Shown: in pieces, positions 60,813 to 64,000 of the stretch
Numbering within the stretch: the first letter of the stretch is position 1
Layout of the letters: each line of letters opens with the position of its first letter
Origin: Mobula birostris
Lineage: Eukaryota
Assembly: GCF_030028105.1 (NCBI RefSeq)
Contig: NC_092395.1
Span: 43,056,459 to 43,120,458 of the forward strand
Direction of reading: 5' to 3'
DNA: 64,000 nucleotides
Position numbers and translations under genes: made by a program
The notes under the pieces: generated by a model
The model's input: the letters and a program-made list of their open reading frames with translations, nothing else
Told to the model about the DNA's origin: nothing
Databases searched by the model: none

Positions 60813-63139
60813 ATGCACTTAGAACTGCTCGTGTTGGCCTGGGCCTCTAAAAGTTCTTCACTTTTGTGGAGATTCTGTTGGTTGTACTTTCCAGTCCTTG
60901 AGATGCCTTCTGTAAGTCAGGTAGAGCTCAGGTGAATCTGAAAAGACAGGGATCTGTGTTGTCTGGTGAACTGTGAGTTACATGACTGCTGAGTGTAAAG
61001 TTCATTCTGTTGTGTTCCTCAACAAGAGGGCGAACAATGCTTTGGAGCACAGCCTGAGTGCAGGTATAAATGCTCGAATCATTGGTACAAAGCAGACTGG
61101 CTACTGAGGTTTGGGAATCTTTGCTCTTAGTGCAGATATGCTGGTTGAAGAGTTTCCTGTTAGTTCTGGGGATCATCTGCACACCCTCTAGACTGTTCTT
61201 GGAGGTGATATGCAATGAAGGAGCAAGACAGTTTGAAAAAAGTGTTCAGGAATGTCTGCATGTTCATTTGACACCAGTCTTTACAATGAATAATTCTATT
61301 GCTGAACGTTACGAGAGCAAATGAAAGGTAGAATTGAATTACATTGCGAACCAAATTTGGGAAGGTTGTTCTAAAAATTGAGGGAGTCAAATGAGTTTTT
61401 GCACAGTGAAGATAATGCCCCTTGTGCCTGTGGATAAATAAATTTCACACTTTGATTCAGGGAGCAGCTCTATGGTCACTGACGAAGATGATTGAAGAAG
61501 ATTCTGTCATTGACACTCCCTGTGGTGGGGAGATAGGAGACCCCTCTGTAGTTGCCACAGTTGGACTTGCTTCTGCCACAATCTATGTTTGTGACCATTT
61601 TCAAGTGTTGATTAATGAGAATTTTGTAGTGCAGGTGCAAAGGAGTGCAGAATCTGTTTGCTTATCAAAATTTACATGGGATCTTGATCTGTTGGGTAAG
61701 TGGGCCAAGGAATGGCAAGTGGTGTTCAATCTAGATAAGTACAAGGTGTTTGTTGTTTGCTATCAGCCATGTTGTATGAAGTGGGTGATCATGGTCTTTC
61801 CGTGACCATGATTGTTCTTGGCAAAATGTCTACAGAATCCATTGGGTTGCCATTGCCTTCTTCAATGCAGTATCTTTACAAGACAGGTGACTCTAGCCAT
61901 TACTAATATGCTTCAGAGATTATCTACCGGGCATTGGTGTTGTTGTGATATGCACCAGCTGCGCATATTACCATCCATCACCTGATCCCATGGCTTCTCG
62001 TGACCCTCATCATGGGTCATGGGAGTCGGGGAGGGGCGCTGGGTCAAATCAGGTCTTACACCATGCCCAATGGTGACCTGAAGGCAAGCAGAGGGAAGGA
62101 TCACCTTGCATCTCCTTTGGAAGAGAGTTATCAGGGCATAGTCAGCATGGATCTATTTGTGGGAAAGTGTGTCTCAATAACTGATTAAATTGTGAGGTAA
62201 AACAAGAGATTGGATCTACTGAGTTCTATTTCCTGTGAACTTTCAAAGCCCACGGTATGAGTTGATAGGAGTATATGCAATTATGAGGAAGAGAGTGGGT
62301 AGATATTAAGGATATTTTCCCAGTGGAGGAAGAGACATTAACTGGTGTGGTAGGACATATAAGGGAACCCTGAGGGGAAAATTTCCACTAAAAGAATGGT
62401 GGGAATCTGAAAGGTGACTCATGAGGAGATGGTAGAGGAACATTGTCGCGACAGGCACTTGAATTGCAGAGAAGATTACAAACTCAAATGCAGACAAGTG
62501 GGACGAATACCAATAACTACAATGTTTGGCATGGCGGTGCTGGGCTGAAGGGCCTGTTCCTGTTCTGTATAACTCTGTGACTCATCATAGCCTTTAGTTC
62601 AAACACTGACCAAAGAGCTGAATTCCAGAGGTGAGATGCAACTGACTGCCCTTGTTATCAAGGCAAAATTAGACAAACTGTAACATCAAGGAGTCACTCT
62701 GAAGTCAATGGGTATCACAAGGAAAACACAGTAAGGACTGGAATCATAATGTGCACAAAGGCAATTTATGGTTGTTATATGACAATCTTTCCATTCCCAG
62801 GATGTCACTGCAGGGGTTTCTGATGAATTACACTCAACACAACTATGTTTAGATGCTTCATCTTGATGACCTTCCTTCCATTGTTAGAAAAGAAGCAGGA
62901 ATGAGGATTGATGTTTGCAACTCATCCGCTAATGCATCAGTCCATAACTACATGCAGCAAGTCCTGGACAACATTCAGGAATGGAATCATAAGGGCCAAG
63001 TAATGTTCACATGACAAATATGCCAGACAAGGGTCATGTACCAGAAGAGTGTGTCAAACTATCTACCCATGGCATTGAATGCCATGAGCATCACAATACT
63101 TTTCCACCATTTCTAACATTTAAGACAAGGACATACCAG

Positions 63140-63265
63140 AGAAAATCTGCAGACGCTGGAAATTTGAGCAACACACAGAAAATGCTGGAGGAACTCGGCA
63201 GGTTCGGCAGCATCTATGCAAAGAGGTACAGTTGATGTTTCGGGCTGAAACACTTCAGCAGGACT
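63140..63265 (-). mobile_element. PLE pLTR fragment with degenerate hammerhead motif
   Basis: Reverse complement reads AGTCCTGCTGAAGTGTTTCAGCCCGAAACATCAACTG...GATGCTGCCGAACCTGCCGAGTTCCTCCAGC; absent at the paralogous site near 17265. Confidence 0.7.
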
Positions 63266-64000
63266 CACACAGGACTTCCTGTAAAAATGTAGAGTTTCAG
63301 AAACTTCAGCAGGACTTTCAAAGGCCTCATCCCTGGGAAATGAGGGATCTTCATGTATGGGCTTCACCTGGAGACAACTTGAAAGACTGGCCCAGGACCG
63401 AGGACTCTAGTCTGTGGCCTATGCAATAGAATTGTGGTAACTTTAAACAAACAAACATCAACATTCATTCTATACACCCTTGGTAAAATGTCATGCTGTT
63501 ACTTCCCCTGGTTACTCAAACACCACCTTCCAAAACTTTGAGCTGTATTACCAAGTACACAAGAGCAGAATGAGCAGGAAATGCCACCTGTAAATTCACT
63601 TCCAAGTCACAAACTATCCTTTCTTGGAAATATCTAGATAGTAGATAAAAATATCTCGTCTTGGACCTGAGAAAATTTCTACAAATGTACTGCATTTGGG
63701 AGTATTCTGAGTGTTTAATCTTTGAGAGAATGTTACAGAATGCTTTGAGTTCAAAAGAGTATTGTGTGATGTGTGGCCACATGTGAGTTCACTTGAGTTA
63801 GATCTATCTCTATCACACAGATGTTAGTGCAGGGAGATTCAATTGTAATATTGAGAGAGAGCCAGATACATATCTGAAACTGCAGGGTTGTGGATAGAGG
63901 GCTGGGGCATGTAATATTTTTAATATTGAGCTGGTCGGAGGTGAACAGGCCAAATGGCTTCACTTTCTCAGGTAACCGTTCTGTTTCACTATTATCCAGT

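Larger units (their letters stand above)
47380..64000. repeat. Old segmental duplication: paralog of about 5480-18220 (whole IgL cluster plus flanks)
   Basis: Collinear blocks by eye: 5480-5657/47380-47555, 8990-12480/47650-51470, 13320-15080/52290-54240, 16730-17270/62130-63135, 17490-18220/63300-64000. Confidence 0.9.

Overview
Vertebrate genomic DNA, almost certainly from a cartilaginous fish (probably a ray or skate). This is inferred from the cluster-type Ig light-chain organisation and the repeat families. The only host genes are two tandem, same-orientation (- strand) immunoglobulin light-chain clusters about 39 kb apart, each with leader, V-J and C exons. Their V and C sequences look like the sigma (type IV, teleost L2-like) isotype. 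In both clusters V and J are already fused in the genome, with no RSS, while the leader and J-C introns are retained. Cluster 2 (48729-50878) has an intact 243-aa spliced ORF, but its octamer, AP-1-like and CCAAT promoter motifs each carry a substitution. Cluster 1 (9782-11890) has consensus promoter motifs but an in-frame TAG in CDR3/J. That stop is explained by a 19-bp microinversion which, when flipped back, restores a normal J and an open frame. The clusters lie in an old segmental duplication whose homology runs to the window end. Almost everything else is nested transposon debris: Gypsy and chromo-Gypsy, two Gmr1-type LTR elements with INT before RT (one complete, with TSD), CR1, Rex1/Babar, Nimb-like, R4/Dong-like, hAT/Buster, SINEs, and Penelope fragments carrying minimal hammerhead-ribozyme motifs. 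All identities quoted are hand counts.
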